This document shows, piece after piece, positions 11,254 to 26,061 of a DNA stretch of 64,000 bases (position 1 is its first letter; every line of letters begins with the position of its first letter). The DNA is from Octopus sinensis (taxonomy: Eukaryota). The notes beneath the pieces are model-generated. The model saw only the letters and a list, made by a program, of their open reading frames with translations. It was not told the DNA's origin and did not search any database. The position numbers and the translations under genes were made by a program. The stretch spans positions 104,036,001-104,100,000 of the forward strand of contig NC_043002.1 in NCBI RefSeq assembly GCF_006345805.1, read 5' to 3'.

Positions 11254-14200
11254 GGGATTAAATAACGGGTGTCAGAACTAACACATTGCCGTAAATATGA
11301 AAGCAAAATCCCATAATTTCCTTCCGCCTCGTCAAGTAGGATGTCAACGGTCACCCAGCACTATTATGTGAACAGGATTCAGCCACACGTTATGCCTAAA
11401 ACGACAAGAAGAGCATAAATATTCATATGGGAATGAAATATTGTTAATAATTCAGATGGAGGAATGAACGGCTATTAGTACAAACTAAATAATAATGAGA
11501 CTTCAAAATATTTTCTATCACAAATTCTATTTCTGGCGATGTCGGCAGTATATGTGATAGCAAAAGCACATGTAGGCAATATGAAAGGTGTGTTTCTGTT
11601 GTTGTTGAAAAAATATATGGAACTGAATGCCAAGAATGAAAATGCATTTCATATTGGATTCGATAATGAAGTGCGTCAGTTCCCAGCTTTGATATGTAGT
11701 AAAATAGTTATCGCTTAATATCCAGTGTAAATCTTAATCCCATTTTTACTTCTATTCTCCACCGCTTTCTGTGTGTATCGAAGTGGCTACACCTCATTAG
11801 CCTAACTCCTTAAAGTCGTTATGCTATCAAACGCCAAACCTACGAAGGTGCAAGCAGTCATTGCCAAGAATAAAATCTAATAAAAAAAAACATATAAATT
11901 CTGTAACAATCTTTTTAATCATTAAGTATTCAGTGTTCTTGGTTTTGGAATGATGGGAGACAACTCAGTTATTTTTATTGTCATCAGAAAACGAAATAGC
12001 AATAAAAATACTGTCTTTTAGTAGCACAATGTTGAGATTAACCTCATCATTAAGATTAATCGTAACGTTCGCAATTACAAAGATGACGATTAAGCTTTAT
12101 ATGTAGAATTCAATAAATTCCAGCCACAATATCATCAAACTCATATTAAACTATATATAGAGGTACCCGAAATAAAACTACCTTCAGAAGTGAATGAGTT
12201 ATGATTACTGTAATTAGCAATCGTCAGAGCAGCCTCACTATACATACCTTGCTGACATTTGTGCAGCTTTTAGTAACAATTTTATTATCAGGAACGTATC
12301 GGCTATTATCAATAATCGCTGACTGGGGATCGAAAAGAAAAAAAAATTACTCCGTCGGAAGCGTCAAAGTGTACAACATAATGACAAGAGTTAAAGAATG
12401 GAAACTCTGTAATTCATAACCATGTCATCCTCAAAATCTGCTCTTTATCGTCCCTATGCTAAGCACACACAGAAACACACACGCATACTTTCGCGCGCAC
12501 ACACACAGGGATACACATACAGACACACACACACACACACTCATATACAGTGAGAAATATATATGTATTTGTGGTTACTTTTATATATGTGTGTTTACGT
12601 GTGCGAATTTGCCATTTTTTTTTTATCCAGTTATTTTCAATTTCGCTACGAAGTCATGGAATCGTTGCTGGGAAAGACTGTTTATATCAAAAGTTACTGT
12701 TCTGATTAGCACATTTCAACAACAACAACAGCAACAACAAATAACTAATGTGTGAAGCTAAGAGTTGAAATATGTGTCTTTGGCTTGAAGGGTGTTAGTT
12801 CATTACAGCCAACGCTGTTCGCATTCCCCTTGAAATGTTTGTCTCGTTCCACTTATAACTCACCGAACTGACACACTGTGCTAGAAAGCGTCTTGTTTAA
12901 ACACATAAAGAAATCAATTTTCGTGTAATTGACCCCTGAAGCTCAATATTTCTCAAAAACTCTCTATGTAGCCAATTAGTGAATTCGCTTCCACTGAGAA
13001 GAGTAGAATCAGAAAGTTAAAGCAAGAATTCTAATATTCAGCGTAGAACTACAGAAATAACCTTCTTCCAACTCAGTGTAAAGACAACTATTTTCAAGTT
13101 TGATATTTCAGACTTTTGAATTTTATTAAATGGAATTCTAGGCGAGAACACACTCGGTTTATACTGAGCTTTCCCACAATTTGTCTTGAAATACAGAACT
13201 TGTGACAGTTTCGAAGTGGGTATTTATTCGTTCCTATTTTCAAAAATGCGGTTGAGAGGTTTCTATGATGTTGTATTATTACAGCATTCACCTCAGCACA
13301 ATTCTACCTCTTGTTCCCAGAATACAGTTAGCTTACTATCAATTGTATAGAATTATACGCAGGAACATTTTATTTATTATTACTAGAATACAGGTTTCAA
13401 GATGTGTTAGTGAGGAATTCTTGCCAGCAAATTTGCAGCGAATTCTTTTTGTGAAACTAGTTTAAACATTAGAGCACTTTACCTTCCTACACAACTATTT
13501 TTGACAGAACCAGGTTTCTGCTGCATAAGCAACAGCTGTCATTCCATTGCAAACGGCTTTGTCTTCTGCCATCGATTATCATAAAATTTACAATGCCAGT
13601 GTTTTTCGTTGCTTCTGTTATTTTTTTATGTTGTTTTTGTGCAATTGAATATAGGAAGGTAAAAAGAACAGTTGGAAGAAGATAATGGAAGCATGTGTCA
13701 GCAATCTGTAGCAAATGTCAGATAAATACAATTAATGGAGAATGGATAATATTTGTGTTTTATGAAAGGAAGAGAATATTAATGTTTTGGGCAACGCTCG
13801 AATAGTAGACGGAAAAAGATATCAGCATAAAAGACTGAAGAATACGGGAATAACTTCGAGGACGAAGAGAATGAAATAACTACATGAGAAAGAAATGAAG
13901 AAGGCTATATAAGATGAATGCAAACTACAGGAGTGAAGAATATACTTTGTAAAGAAGTATAACAGATTACACGATTAAAGAAAGGTAAATGTGATACAAT
14001 AAGAATAGAAAAAAAAATATAAAAGAAATAAACTTAAAGCGAAAGAACGAACGTGGAGAAGAAAAGAAAAGAAGGAGGACAGTTATATAAGGAAAAATGA
14101 ATGAATGTGCAAACATCTGAAGAAGTTTATGACAATAAAGGGACTGAGATTACAAATTAACGTAATTAAATGTGCAAGAATATAATATGGAATAGAGATA

Positions 14201-15049
14201 ACGAGATGAGAGTAGAGAAGAGAAGGAAGAACAGACTGAAGTATGTTGCTAGAATAGAAAGTAAGAGAATAGTGGGATAATATGAAAAGAGAGTGTAAAA
14301 ATAGAGTAAAGAACAATGGCAGGGAAAAAAGGATATGAAACTACAAGAATAGAACAGGGAAGAGTGATTGAATGAGATGGAGAAAAATAGTAGATTAAGC
14401 TGAAAAACAAAGTTAGATTAAGGTGAAAGAGAATAGAGGAATAGAACAAGGAAGAATGGTCGAAAATTGTGACGGAGAATAGAATAAAAGAATGGAGATT
14501 AGAAGAATGGAGAAATACGGTTGCAGAAGTAATTAATCCAATATTGTGCAGAAAAATAATTCTTTATTACGTTGAGATCAGATTAGAGATACAAAAGTAT
14601 TATTAATTAATTAGATGTAAGGGTCATTTAGTCAGGATCAACATCTTGGCGTCTCGTCTCTCCGTTTGGCTTAAATACTAGAATTTTTACTTTGTCATCC
14701 GCTCCCCGCCTCCATTTAGTCTTTCATGGTTCTTATTATCTCTCTTTCTCTCCCAGCTTCCACACGCCTTTGTTCTAAATGTTCTAACCCTCACTCTCTC
14801 TCACTTTTTCTCTCTCTCTCTCTTACTCCATCCATCTATCTCACACTCGGTTTCGTTGTTCTTTCTCTCTCTCTCCCTCTTTCTATTTCTCTCTCTGTTT
14901 CACACATACACACACAAAGCCACTCGCATAATTAGGCAGAGCCATTCTCATGCAATATCTTTTTATCTATCTCTCCATGCATTAATTATTATTTTTTTAT
15001 TTATCTTTCTCTCTATCTATCTATCTATCTACACACACACAGAGACACA

Positions 15050-15112
<63 letters not shown>

Positions 15113-15311
15113 ACACGCAGCCTTTTAACCGAATGCATTACTCCCATAATATCAGAAAACATAGATTTTACTTTCCAATCCTTCTTACTCCCTCTCCAAT
15201 TCTCTCCCCATTTTACTATTTCTCTCCGTCTCACTATCATTGTTCTATTACTCTTTTCCTATATATATATATAACTCTTTTTCTTACTATTCCTCCCTTC
15301 CTTCTCTCAAT

Positions 15312-15344
<33 letters not shown>

Positions 15345-15750
15345 CCTCTTTCCTCTGATTCTCTTCCGCTCTTTGACTCTTTTCTACAAAGTCTTTCTCT
15401 CTGAAATTCTCATCCACAGTTTCCCCCACTTCCCCTCCGCCCATTCGCTCCCCCCACTTTCCCTTCATCTCATTCTTACTCGTTTTTCTTATCTTTCTCT
15501 TCACACTGTTTCACTTTTTACATTCTCTTCTTCGTCTCTACAGACAATATAGTTCTCTCTTTCCCTCCATTTACACACACACACACTCTCCCTCTCTCTG
15601 TCTCACTTCTACAATCAATGTGTGAATATTTGCTAACACACACACAAACACGTATACATACATGCATACATACATCCAAACACACACACGAACTCAAACA
15701 TGCATACACACAAACACTCACACACACATATGCGCATTTATGTTTGTGAT

Positions 15751-15981
15751 ATCTTTATTGCCCACGAGGGGCTAAACATAGAGGAGACAAACAACGACAG
15801 AGAAGGGGATTAAGACGATTACATCGACATCAGTGCGTAACTGGTACTTATTTAATCGACCCCGAAAGGATGAAAGGCAAAGTCGACCTCGGCAGAATTT
15901 GAACTCAGAACGTAACGGCAGACGAAATACTGCTAAGCATGTTGCCCGGCGTGCTAACGTTTCTGCCAGCTCGCCGCCTTA
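15751..15981 (-). mobile_element. tRNA-derived SINE, family 3
   Basis: Reverse complement AAGGCGGCGAGCTGGCAGAAACGTTAGCACG...GAGTTCAAATTC; near-identical copies at 23849, 28455 and 51872. Confidence 0.92.
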
Positions 15982-16449
15982 TGCGCACTTATGTTTATGT
16001 GTGTCTGTGTGTGTGTGTTTGTGTGTGCGTGTGTGACAGAGAGAGATGGGGGATAGAAGGGCACCGTATGATCTAGTGGTTTGGGTGTGACACGAGAGAC
16101 GGTTTCAATGCCGGCACTGATTGGTGGGTTTTGTTGTTGAGTAAAATATTTCCTCTCACGTTGGTCTTCGATCACTTCGACCCCTGACGACATGTGGCTC
16201 ATTTGTTCAGACAGGTCGTTCAAGAAATTGCGGAACAGTTTTTTCTCGGACGTAGAAGACGCTACCATTCTTCCTACACCTCCTCTTCCTATTTAGCATT
16301 ATCCTCTTCATCCTCTTATCATCCTCACCATCACCATCATCGTCCTCATCATCATCAGCATAATCCTCCTCCTCATCATCATCATCCTCATCCTCATCCT
16401 CCGCCTCATCATCATATTATCTAACATACACAAACTCTAAATGCGAGCT

Positions 16450-16800
16450 ACTATTAGTTTCATGTCACCGAAAATACAATAGTTGGACAAGCTTCGAGAG
16501 ACCTTGGGAGAATTACATCGTAGAGTGGCATCCGAGGTAAACAACAAATCCTAGGAATGAGTGTACATGTGCTGTGGACGTGATATCAGTAGTAATTAGC
16601 GTACTTGGAAGAGTTAACGAGAAACTAATGACATGGCACAAAAAACATTGGTATACATCGCAAGATTGAACCCCTGCAAAAATCCGCATTGCTTGGAGTT
16701 GTAAGGGTCCCCCAAAAGTTACTTCAAGCATGATCGTTAAACAAGAGTCAGATTAAGTTAATGACTGCGAACAGCTGAAGTTCACCATACCACCCAGCCA
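16450..16800 (+). mobile_element. old RLE-type LINE 3' end
   Basis: Frameshifted VISVLGRVNEKLMTW...IEPLQKSALLGVVRV matches the conserved C-terminal VIGALG...LQK.ALLG motif. Confidence 0.55.
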
Positions 16801-16860
16801 AGTAGGTAGAGTGTTATTAAGCAAATAATAATAATGATGATAATAATAATAATAATAATA

Positions 16861-16902
<42 letters not shown>

Positions 16903-16927
16903 TAAAAATAAAAAAAAAAATAATAAC

Positions 16928-16980
<53 letters not shown>

Positions 16981-16982
<2 letters not shown>

Positions 16983-17213
16983 GGTGCATTAGGCATGATA
17001 AAAAATATTCAGACAAATACATAACAAAAACACCAGGACTTACAAACACATATAACATACAGAAAATTGCACTACTAGGCACTGCACACATCCTACGCAG
17101 AACACTTTCCATACAATTACCATCAGAGCATCACCACAAATCACAGCACATACCCAAGGCACACAGAGCTGCGCTCGGTAGTGAAGTGAAAGCACGCTAT
17201 AAAAATAAAACTA

Positions 17214-17221
<8 letters not shown>
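16981..17221 (+). mobile_element. R4/Dong-type LINE (family A), 5'-truncated, with (AAT)n tail
   Basis: VGALGMIKKYSDKYITKTPGLTNTYNIQKIALLGTAHILRRTLSIQ; near-identical to 34681-34921; (AAT)n on both sides. Confidence 0.9.
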
Positions 17222-17291
<70 letters not shown>

Positions 17292-17310
17292 TAATAATGA
17301 TAATAATAAT

Positions 17311-17885
17311 AATAAATGCCCTGATGAAGTACAATGCAGTGGCACTCGTGACTTCTGATCTTAACTGATTGGAAGTGTTATCATGTATATTGTTTTGTCT
17401 TGGTATAAAAGATGGGCTACAGCAAATGTTCTGCTCAATACCACAGATTTGCTTGTCAGTTGTTTGACCATAACCAGTTGACCATGTCACTTCGTGGCTG
17501 AGAATATATGTGCATCTCTGATCACGAGCAGAAGTAGTGGGGGAGCATCATAGCCGTGTGTTGAAAGGAATTCTTGGAGTTTTGGATAATTCACCTTTGT
17601 AAACATTGGGGATTCGTTCAAAACCCTTAAACAATCGTTATTTATGGACCTTTTCAGCGGGATGGGTTACTCGACCAGAAGGAAATCCTAACTGGCCCCC
17701 ACTGCAAGGTCATGAGCTGTTTATCTTGATATTTGATCACCATGTCGCGCGCAAGTGGTTGTGATGTATGTGCCTAGTGTACCGTTATCAGAGGAGTAGT
17801 TGTGATGATGGGTATACGGGGCTTCGTATGTTTTACCCCAGTGTTACTTTGATGCCATACATTGCTCTTTCACACAATAATAATA
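17311..17885. repeat. unclassified ~575-bp interspersed-repeat-like segment embedded in (AAT)n
   Basis: Complex sequence bounded on both sides by (AAT)n with no convincing protein motif. Resembles an abundant octopus repeat from memory only. Confidence 0.4.
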
Positions 17886-17889
17886 ATAC

Positions 17890-18365
17890 TACTTTGCAAC
17901 AAGTGTGGACTTGACAAAGCAAAATATTGTTACGACCACACAACTGAAGGCATCGTCGAAAATAGAAATGCAAAGATCCTGGGGATTTTATGATTCAGTG
18001 CAGCCATTAGATTGAGAATAGGAAGCCGGACTTAGTCTTAATTGAGAAAGAAAACAAACTATGTTGGATCATAGATATAGCATGCCCAGCTGACAACAAG
18101 GATGGCAATAAAGAAGAAAGAAAAGTCGAGAGATATGACCGGTTATCTTGAGCGGTTAAGCAGCTGTGGTCGATGAAAATGGTAGCGGTAGTACCAATAA
18201 ATGGCAGTCTTGGAGACAGTGAGCAAAAATCTCGAGAAGTACGTGGAACAAATAGGGGCTACAATAAGGGTGGAGCGCTTGCAAAAAGCAACAAGTTTTT
18301 CACTGGTAGTGAACAACTGACACTGTAGTACATCGCCAATATTAGAAGCTGTGCAACGGCAATTA
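17890..18365 (+). mobile_element. R4/Dong-type LINE (family B) endonuclease fragment with (AAT)n tail
   Basis: LCNKCGLDKAKYCYDHTTEGIVENRNAKIL..F.IQC..IENRKPDLVLIEKENKLCWIIDIACPADNK...KVERY: the RLE PD..D..K region. Confidence 0.85.
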
Positions 18366-18391
18366 TAACAATAATAATAATAATAATAATG

Positions 18392-18433
<42 letters not shown>

Positions 18434-18441
18434 TAATAATA

Positions 18442-18533
<92 letters not shown>

Positions 18534-18870
18534 TTAATAATAATAATAATATAATAATAATAACAATACCTATATATACACAGACACACACACACATACA
18601 CAAACGGAAACACACCTACATATATATATACTTTTATATATGTGTGTGGAAAAAAGTTTTGCTCTTGTTTTCATGACCTGTCTCTCTGTTGCTGCACATC
18701 CCTTTTCGTCCATCTCATAGCACCTCCCTCTTTACTCCTGTCCAACTTACACACTTTATGTCTTTCGTTATTTCTTCGCCCCCTCTCTAACACTGTGCCC
18801 CATCCAGAAGTAGAACCCTTCCTCGCACTCTCTCTTTTCCTCGCTCTCTCTCCCTCTGTCTCACTCTCCT

Positions 18871-18917
<47 letters not shown>

Positions 18918-19769
18918 CTCACTCTCTCTGTCCCCCTGTCTGTCTTTCAGTCTTTGTATCACTATCTCTAAGTCTTCCTCCAGGAATCCGTCTGTCTTTC
19001 TATCTGGACACATATAACTACGCCATAATCTGTACACACACACACACACACACAGGTCCACAGATACATGTAATCATTCAAACACACACACACACATCCA
19101 CAGATCGACACACGTTCACATCCATACACACACACACACACACTCACACGCACGCACGCACGCACATACGAGTTCACCAGAGACACCTGTTACGTATTGA
19201 TAGAGGCAATTGGTAATTACGTCTTCAGATTTCCTGTCAGCCGTAAGTATTAATACCGTTCACAATGGCGTTAGAGTAGATGTACTTTTAGCTGGTGCCT
19301 AGCTGCAGAGCTTTCGCAGATAGAATTGTACATGTACATCACTTCAGTCTCAGCCGTACACAATGGCATGATCGCTGTACGCAGAAATGAACAAGCAAAG
19401 ACGCACTATAACGTCGACATAATCCCGTTCACTTAGGGACATACATACGCAATAATACCTGATACATTGTAACGTAGATAATCCCAAACAATCATATTCA
19501 CACACGCCTACATATACAAACGTACACCACCCACACACATGCATGTGTGTGTAGATATTTGTGCGTGTGTATATATATACACACAGACACACACATATAT
19601 ATATATATATATAGAAGTATATGTATATATATACACAGACACACATATATATATATTAATATATATATATATTAATGTATATATACACATACACACATAT
19701 ATATATATATATATAATATATATATATATATTAATATATATATATATATATAAGTATAATATGTATATA

Positions 19770-19803
<34 letters not shown>

Positions 19804-20639
19804 TGTGTGAATATATTTATATTTCTGTGTGTGTGTGTGTGTCTGTGTGTGTGTGTGTGTGTGTCTGTGTGTGTGTGTGTGCGAATAAGCAATCGCATAG
19901 TGACACAATACCATACAGACTGATCGTTATGCCAGTCTCATATAATCACGCACTGCCCGACGTACACGCCTATATAAAACCAAAAACTAGAAAGCCAGGA
20001 AGACACAATCAAGAATAACCACACAGTCTGGAACATGTATATACAAGACGTTCTACACACACTGAGATACATTGATGTATAAATAATTACAGAATGAGGA
20101 AGAGAATTGGAGAGAGAGAGAGATAGAGAGAAGCTCATCCAAATGTACGGACACGAATATAAAAATACGAATTGAAATATGTATATGGAAAACTAGAATT
20201 GATACAACTATATATAGGTGCCAGATCTCATGTAAGAACATGAAATATATCATGTACGCCTACAAGGTAGACCTAACCATGTGCGTGCGTGTGTGGTGTG
20301 TGTATGTATGTGTGTGTGTTTGTATAAATATATATGTATGCACTCAACAAACTCGTAGATAATTTATCGCTCTCTGTCTCTCTCATTCTCTGTGGCTCTC
20401 TCTGTCTCTATCTCTCACTCTGTGGCTCTCTCTGTCTCTCTCTGGCTATCTCTCTGTCTCCTTCTCTCTCTCTCTCTGGCCCTCTCTCTCTCTGACTCTC
20501 TGTGTCTCTCTCTTGCGCTCTCTCTCCCTCTGGCTCTTTCCCTCTGGCTCACTCTCTCTGTCACTCTCTCTATCTCTCTCTGTCTTTCTCTGTGTCTCTC
20601 TCTTTCTATGGCTCTCTCTCTCTCTGTCTCTCTCTCTCT

Positions 20640-20915
20640 CTATCTATTTCTCTCTTTCTCACTCCCTCCCTCTCATACAACTCACTTTATCTTTCCCTTT
20701 GCTCTCTCTCTCACTCTCTCTCTCTCTTTCTCACTCCCTCCCTCTAATACAACTCACTTTATCTTTCCCTTTGCTCTCTCTCACACTCACTCCCTCTAAT
20801 ACAACTCACTTTATCTTTCCCTTTGCTCTCTCTCTCGCTCTCTCTCTTTCTCTCTCTCAAACTCACTCCCTCTAATACAACTCATTTTATCTTTCCCTTT
20901 GCTCTCTCTCTCTCT
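20640..20915. repeat. minisatellite, 4 copies of a ~50-70-bp unit within a (CT)n region
   Basis: Core CTCTAATACAACTCACTTTATCTTTCCCTTTGCTCTCTCTC recurs four times with small variants. Confidence 0.85.
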
Positions 20916-22286
20916 GTCTCTCTCTCTGTCTGCTTCTGCCTTCATGGTGTGCATCAAACTATTTGCGAGTGGATACGACGTGGAAAACTGCGCGAATGCT
21001 CGGACGTAATGACTGCGTGAAAACCTCAATCTTCAACTGTTGTTGCAATAAACTCTACATTAATCTTTCTGTTTTCATGTTTCTATATTCGGACAGATAG
21101 AGTCATGTTTACATGATTTTAGGTTATACATATAGGCATGGTTTATATTCACTCATACGTACATTCATGTATTCATAATACGTGTGTGTGTGTGTGTTTG
21201 TACTAGCGTGTGCGGGATGCTTGCATGTGTATATCATTTATTGTGGAAATACTAAATATATTTCCTCGCGATATGTACTTCGCTGTGCAGTTTAAATCTG
21301 AATACTTCGTAGTGCGCAACGCACGCAGAGACTCAAACATATACACAAAATCACACACACACACATACAAACAAACAAACACACTGGCACACACACACAT
21401 ACTACACACACAAATACACGCACTCACCTGTTACTGTCTGTTACTATGATTGTAAACGCTCTCCATGTTCAGACGACGTCCACAATCTTCCGTGCCGCCA
21501 TGGTTTAGCACTGTCGACATGACAAAATTGTATATTAGTCATTTCATTGTAGTTTCGTTCCTCTTATGCATGGATATTCGAACAGATCCTATTTTGTAAC
21601 GTTTTCTATGGCTTCCATTTATGCAAATATTCTCATCTCAAATACCATTTCGTATGTAATTTTGATAATCATTCACGCGCATAAACACACGTACTATTTG
21701 TTTGTATACGTATACGTATACACACACTACAAACACACATATACCTATACATGTGTATATATATATATATATATACATATGCATATATATAAATACACAC
21801 ATATTTATATATATGCTAATATATATATAAATATATATATGTACGTGTATATGTAGCAATATGTATTTGTATGAATTCGTATATGTCTTTGTATATATAC
21901 ATACATGCTTATATCATATGTATGTGTGCCTGTGTATGTACTTATATATGTATGCATGCGTGCATATTCCAATAAAGACAGAGATTTACAGACCCAGTAC
22001 TTAGTGTTTCTCACATGTACATAAATACATGTGATCGCTCAGACACTATATATTCAGTAAGTCTACACTTTTTCGTTGTATATACATATCTACATACATA
22101 CCGACGGTTGTGTGTGCGTGACCAGACACGTATATACGTATATGCATGCGCATATATAAACATTTTTTTATGTATTAACATATATATATCCACATGTGTA
22201 TATAAATTTATACACATGCATATTTATATTATATTATATATATATTTATATATATATATACATATGTTTATATATATATGTATATA

Positions 22287-22377
<91 letters not shown>

Positions 22378-22989
22378 TTGTGCTTGCGTGCGTGTGTTTG
22401 TATGTATGTGTGTATGCATATATGTATGTGTGTCGTTATCTCTACATGTATGTGATGCTATGTTCATTTACGTTTGCTTCTATCGTTTCTGTCCCTCCTC
22501 TTTACTTTTCAAGTGGCTGCTGCTCATATTCGTAACATATATGCGTCTTTTGTTAGAAATCCGTATAAAATCTCATACATGTCCACTAATAATGAAATAA
22601 ATATTTATACAAGAATATTCAGAAATACTCGTTGCACATTAATACTTGTTTCCATGTACATATTATGAATAAGAATGGCTTATAAATGGTAATGGTTAAT
22701 AATAAAAAAAAAATATGAAGAACGGAAAAACAGCAAAAAAACAAAACAAAAAAAAAACGAACTTAGGAAATACATAAATTGAGGAACAATGTGTCCAACT
22801 GTTGCCCGTCATGGTGGTTCTAACAAGATATTTCTGTATTGAATTTCATTGCTGGGAAATAAATTGGTAATGAGAGACGATGGTAACAAACTCGTTGAAT
22901 TAAATGTATATGTTTGAAGAATTATTTAATACAAATGCATGCTATATTCCACAATATCCATCCTAGAAGCACGAATGGACACTTCGTGT

Positions 22990-23031
22990 TTATTATTATC
23001 ATCATTATTATTATTATTACTATTATTATTA

Positions 23032-23114
<83 letters not shown>

Positions 23115-23135
23115 GTTATTATTATTATTATTATT
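22990..23135. repeat. (ATT)n microsatellite
   Basis: Directly visible. Confidence 0.97.
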
Positions 23136-23249
23136 AATTGTTTAAACAAAGGAAAAAAAGAAATAACAGAATGAGGGAAGAAAGTTGTTATGCCGAATCG
23201 TGTCCTGGAATACTGAATGAAGAGGTTCATATATCTCTACATTGAAGAC

Positions 23250-23435
23250 TCTCTTTAATGCTGGCACGAGTCCAGCAATTTTAATCTTTTATGGACCACG
23301 GGGCTCAACTGCTTCTTATTTTGTCGATTGTGAATGGTTGAAATGTAAAGTCGAGCGCGGTAGAATTAGAAGTCAAAATGTAAAGAGCCAGACGAAATGC
23401 CGCTAAACATTTACCCCGATGCACTACCGATTCTT
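23250..23435 (-). mobile_element. old family-3-like SINE, diverged
   Basis: GAAATGTAAAGTCGAGCGCGGTAGAATTAGAAGTCAAAATGTAAAGAGCCAGACGAAATGCCGCTAAACATTT resembles the family 3 minus-strand consensus. Confidence 0.45.
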
Positions 23436-23848
23436 ATATCAGAAAAAAAAAAGAAGTGTTATTATTGAAAATGAAAGATTGACCTAAACGTTATTGGAGA
23501 CCAATGAACGCTGATAATGATGTTATCATTTACACTTCTTGTTTGTGTTTTTTCCTCTCTTCATATCTTTTTTTTTCCTTTCGTAAATTATAAGATACGT
23601 GATACATTGCACTATCTTAATTCGTGCAATACGTGCATAGATCCGAGAAAGTCCAGAAAGGCATTAGGCATTCTGTTCAGACGGTCCTCGGTGATTTTTG
23701 TCTGCTGCTGATATAGTTTATTGTTTTAACATTTTAAACACTATTCACCGGGTGAATCATTTTGCCTTTCCCAATGTATCTGCATTACGCATGATACACA
23801 TGTAGTTTGTTTAGTCTAATACTGCTTTTGTTCATACAGTGGGTAATC

Positions 23849-24081
23849 TATTTCTTTATTACCCACAAGGGGCTAAACACAGAGGGGACAAACTAGGACA
23901 GACATAGGTATTAAGTCGATTACATCGACCCCAGTGCGTAACTGGTACTTAATTTATCGACCCCGAAATGATGAAAGGCAAAGTCGACCTTGGCGGAACT
24001 TGATCTCACAACGTAACGGCAGACGAAATACCGCTAAGCATTTCGCCCGGCGTGCTAACGTTTCTGCCAGCTCGCCGCCTT
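23849..24081 (-). mobile_element. tRNA-derived SINE, family 3
   Basis: Colinear with 15751-15981 and 51872-52105. Confidence 0.92.
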
Positions 24082-24329
24082 GGGTAACCTGTGTGATCAA
24101 TGTCATAGTTCTGTGGTTGATGGGATTGAAACCATTATCTCCCCTTACTGCCCGTGTATCATTGAAACTAATCTCGGAGACGCTTCAGTGACACATCACA
24201 GGCAGGAGAGCAAAATGACCCCTCTATCTTAATTTTTTTTTTCCAGTAAGGTTGGCAGTCCAAAACTGTGTCTAAATTGCTGTCGTGGATTCGATCTTAA
24301 GAAATTGATCTTCAATTTATTATGTTCTG

Positions 24330-25300
24330 ATTAAGAATTCCTGTGACAGTTATTTAGTCTCGTATTCCAAGCACGTTAAAGACATTTAGAAACAAAACCT
24401 GTTGTTACTATTATGGTCTTGTCCCAAGGTTAACGTCTTTACCTTTGATTCTAAGAAATACATCGATATTTTAGGAGACAGTGTAAGTTATAAAATATTA
24501 AGCAATCAGTATAAGTAGCGAACAACAAGGAAACATGTCTTGTTGTGTTATTTAATTATTTCGGAAGGCAACACGAATTGATGACATCTTAAATCGATGA
24601 ACAGAATTCATTGCCATTTGTACAGTCCGGAGTGAAATTCCACAGAGATCAGGTCAACTTTACTAATATATCATTTATGAATCGATAAATTATTTACTGA
24701 ATAGATTCACACAGTCATTCAAGAATCGATAAGCCCAACGCAAAAACAAACACAAAATGCCCATAAGTAGTTAACACGTTCGATGTTGCTGGTTTCTATT
24801 GTTGTTTAGTGGGAGTTCAAACCTGATCAAATGTTTTACCCCCATGACTATCGTGGCTTGCAATGAGATTTTTCATGAAGAAATATATTACATTATACTA
24901 TCGTTTCCTAAAGTTAGCCTCCCAAGATTCCTCTGATATGGCTGAAACGTCTTTAGATCTTTCTGCTAAATTGTGAGTTAGTTTTTCATTTGATGTTCTG
25001 GCGATAAACATTTTCTTTTAATAGTTTCAATTAGACAATTGTGTCTTGATGGAACTGCCTGTTTATTCTGGTGTATTTGTTTTAGGCCGTGTGTCATTAT
25101 AATTGCGTTCGAAATAGACAAGCTTGTTCACCATTGTTTCATGTAGTAGGATTTTGTTGCCAGCTTTTGTTTTACCTTTCCTTTCAATCGTGCTCCAAAT
25201 GCTGCTCAGATATGGCATACACGCTAACAGAATCATTGCTCATGATGGTTTCAAATTTCTTTCTAGTTCCTTCGTATACCCTGAATTAGCTCTAACCAGA
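24330..25300 (-). mobile_element. heavily decayed RLE-type LINE (family-2-like)
   Basis: Minus strand ATAATAGTAACAACAGGTTTTGTTTCTAAATGTCTT resembles the IIGALGFVSKCL segment at ~30365. Upstream NDSVSVYAISEQHLEH...WQQ resembles the RT-to-zinc-knuckle linker. Confidence 0.5.
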
Positions 25301-26061
25301 AGTCTCGGTTCAGAGCGGCTCACTGGCCGAAAAGGAGCTCATGAGCCATAATATGCAAATGAGTGCAGGGTCGTATCCATTGTTCAATATCAAAAGATGC
25401 TACCGTTTTGTTGGGGCATTTAGATGGGTAATCGATAGTAACTCTTTTCATGTTGCATGGAAGGAGTTACTGTATGCGAGGGCATTTTTAATATATGTTT
25501 AGCTCTTCTCTTGAAGTCAACTTGTGAAATGTCTATAATTACAATATTTATAACATCTGCCTAAAGATAGTATATAATTCGAAGTATCCGTTGCATATCG
25601 CATATAGTTGCATATCGCATTATATGATGAAGTCTGTGGCTACGTTTCCAGCAATGTTAACTCCAATGGCCGCGGCCTTCACTCGATTATATAATTTATC
25701 ATTAAATTAAAATATATAACCCTTTCGTATCGGATTTATGCTATCATTAACAGCATGTGCTAATATCCTCCTGGCTTGGCCGTGTCGACTGGAATCTGAA
25801 AGTAGCTAGGCCAGCTTTTTCAACGTTTGAAGGGGTACGTCTTTGTCTCCAAAGAAATGGTACGTCATTCAACACGGTCTGGTGGGGCTTACAAGAGATC
25901 ACTGAAGTTACAGAAATACAGGAGGCAGAGCCTAGTCATATAATTATTATGAAGAACGAATAGGTTAGTACGGTCATTATTCGATAACACACAGCTAAAA
26001 TAATCCATTTATAACAGAGTAGTATAATTTCTATGAAGCATTGCCTCATATCTATAAATTG

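Noticed and set aside
12780-13700. Possible decayed hAT transposase or exon (TCDSFEVGIYSFLFSKMRLRGFYDVV)
   Set aside because: Only vague motif similarity; no TIRs or strong splice pair found.
19173-19242. Open frame FTRDTCYVLIEAIGNYVFRFPVS before a GTAAGT donor
   Set aside because: No pyrimidine-rich acceptor at the required position.
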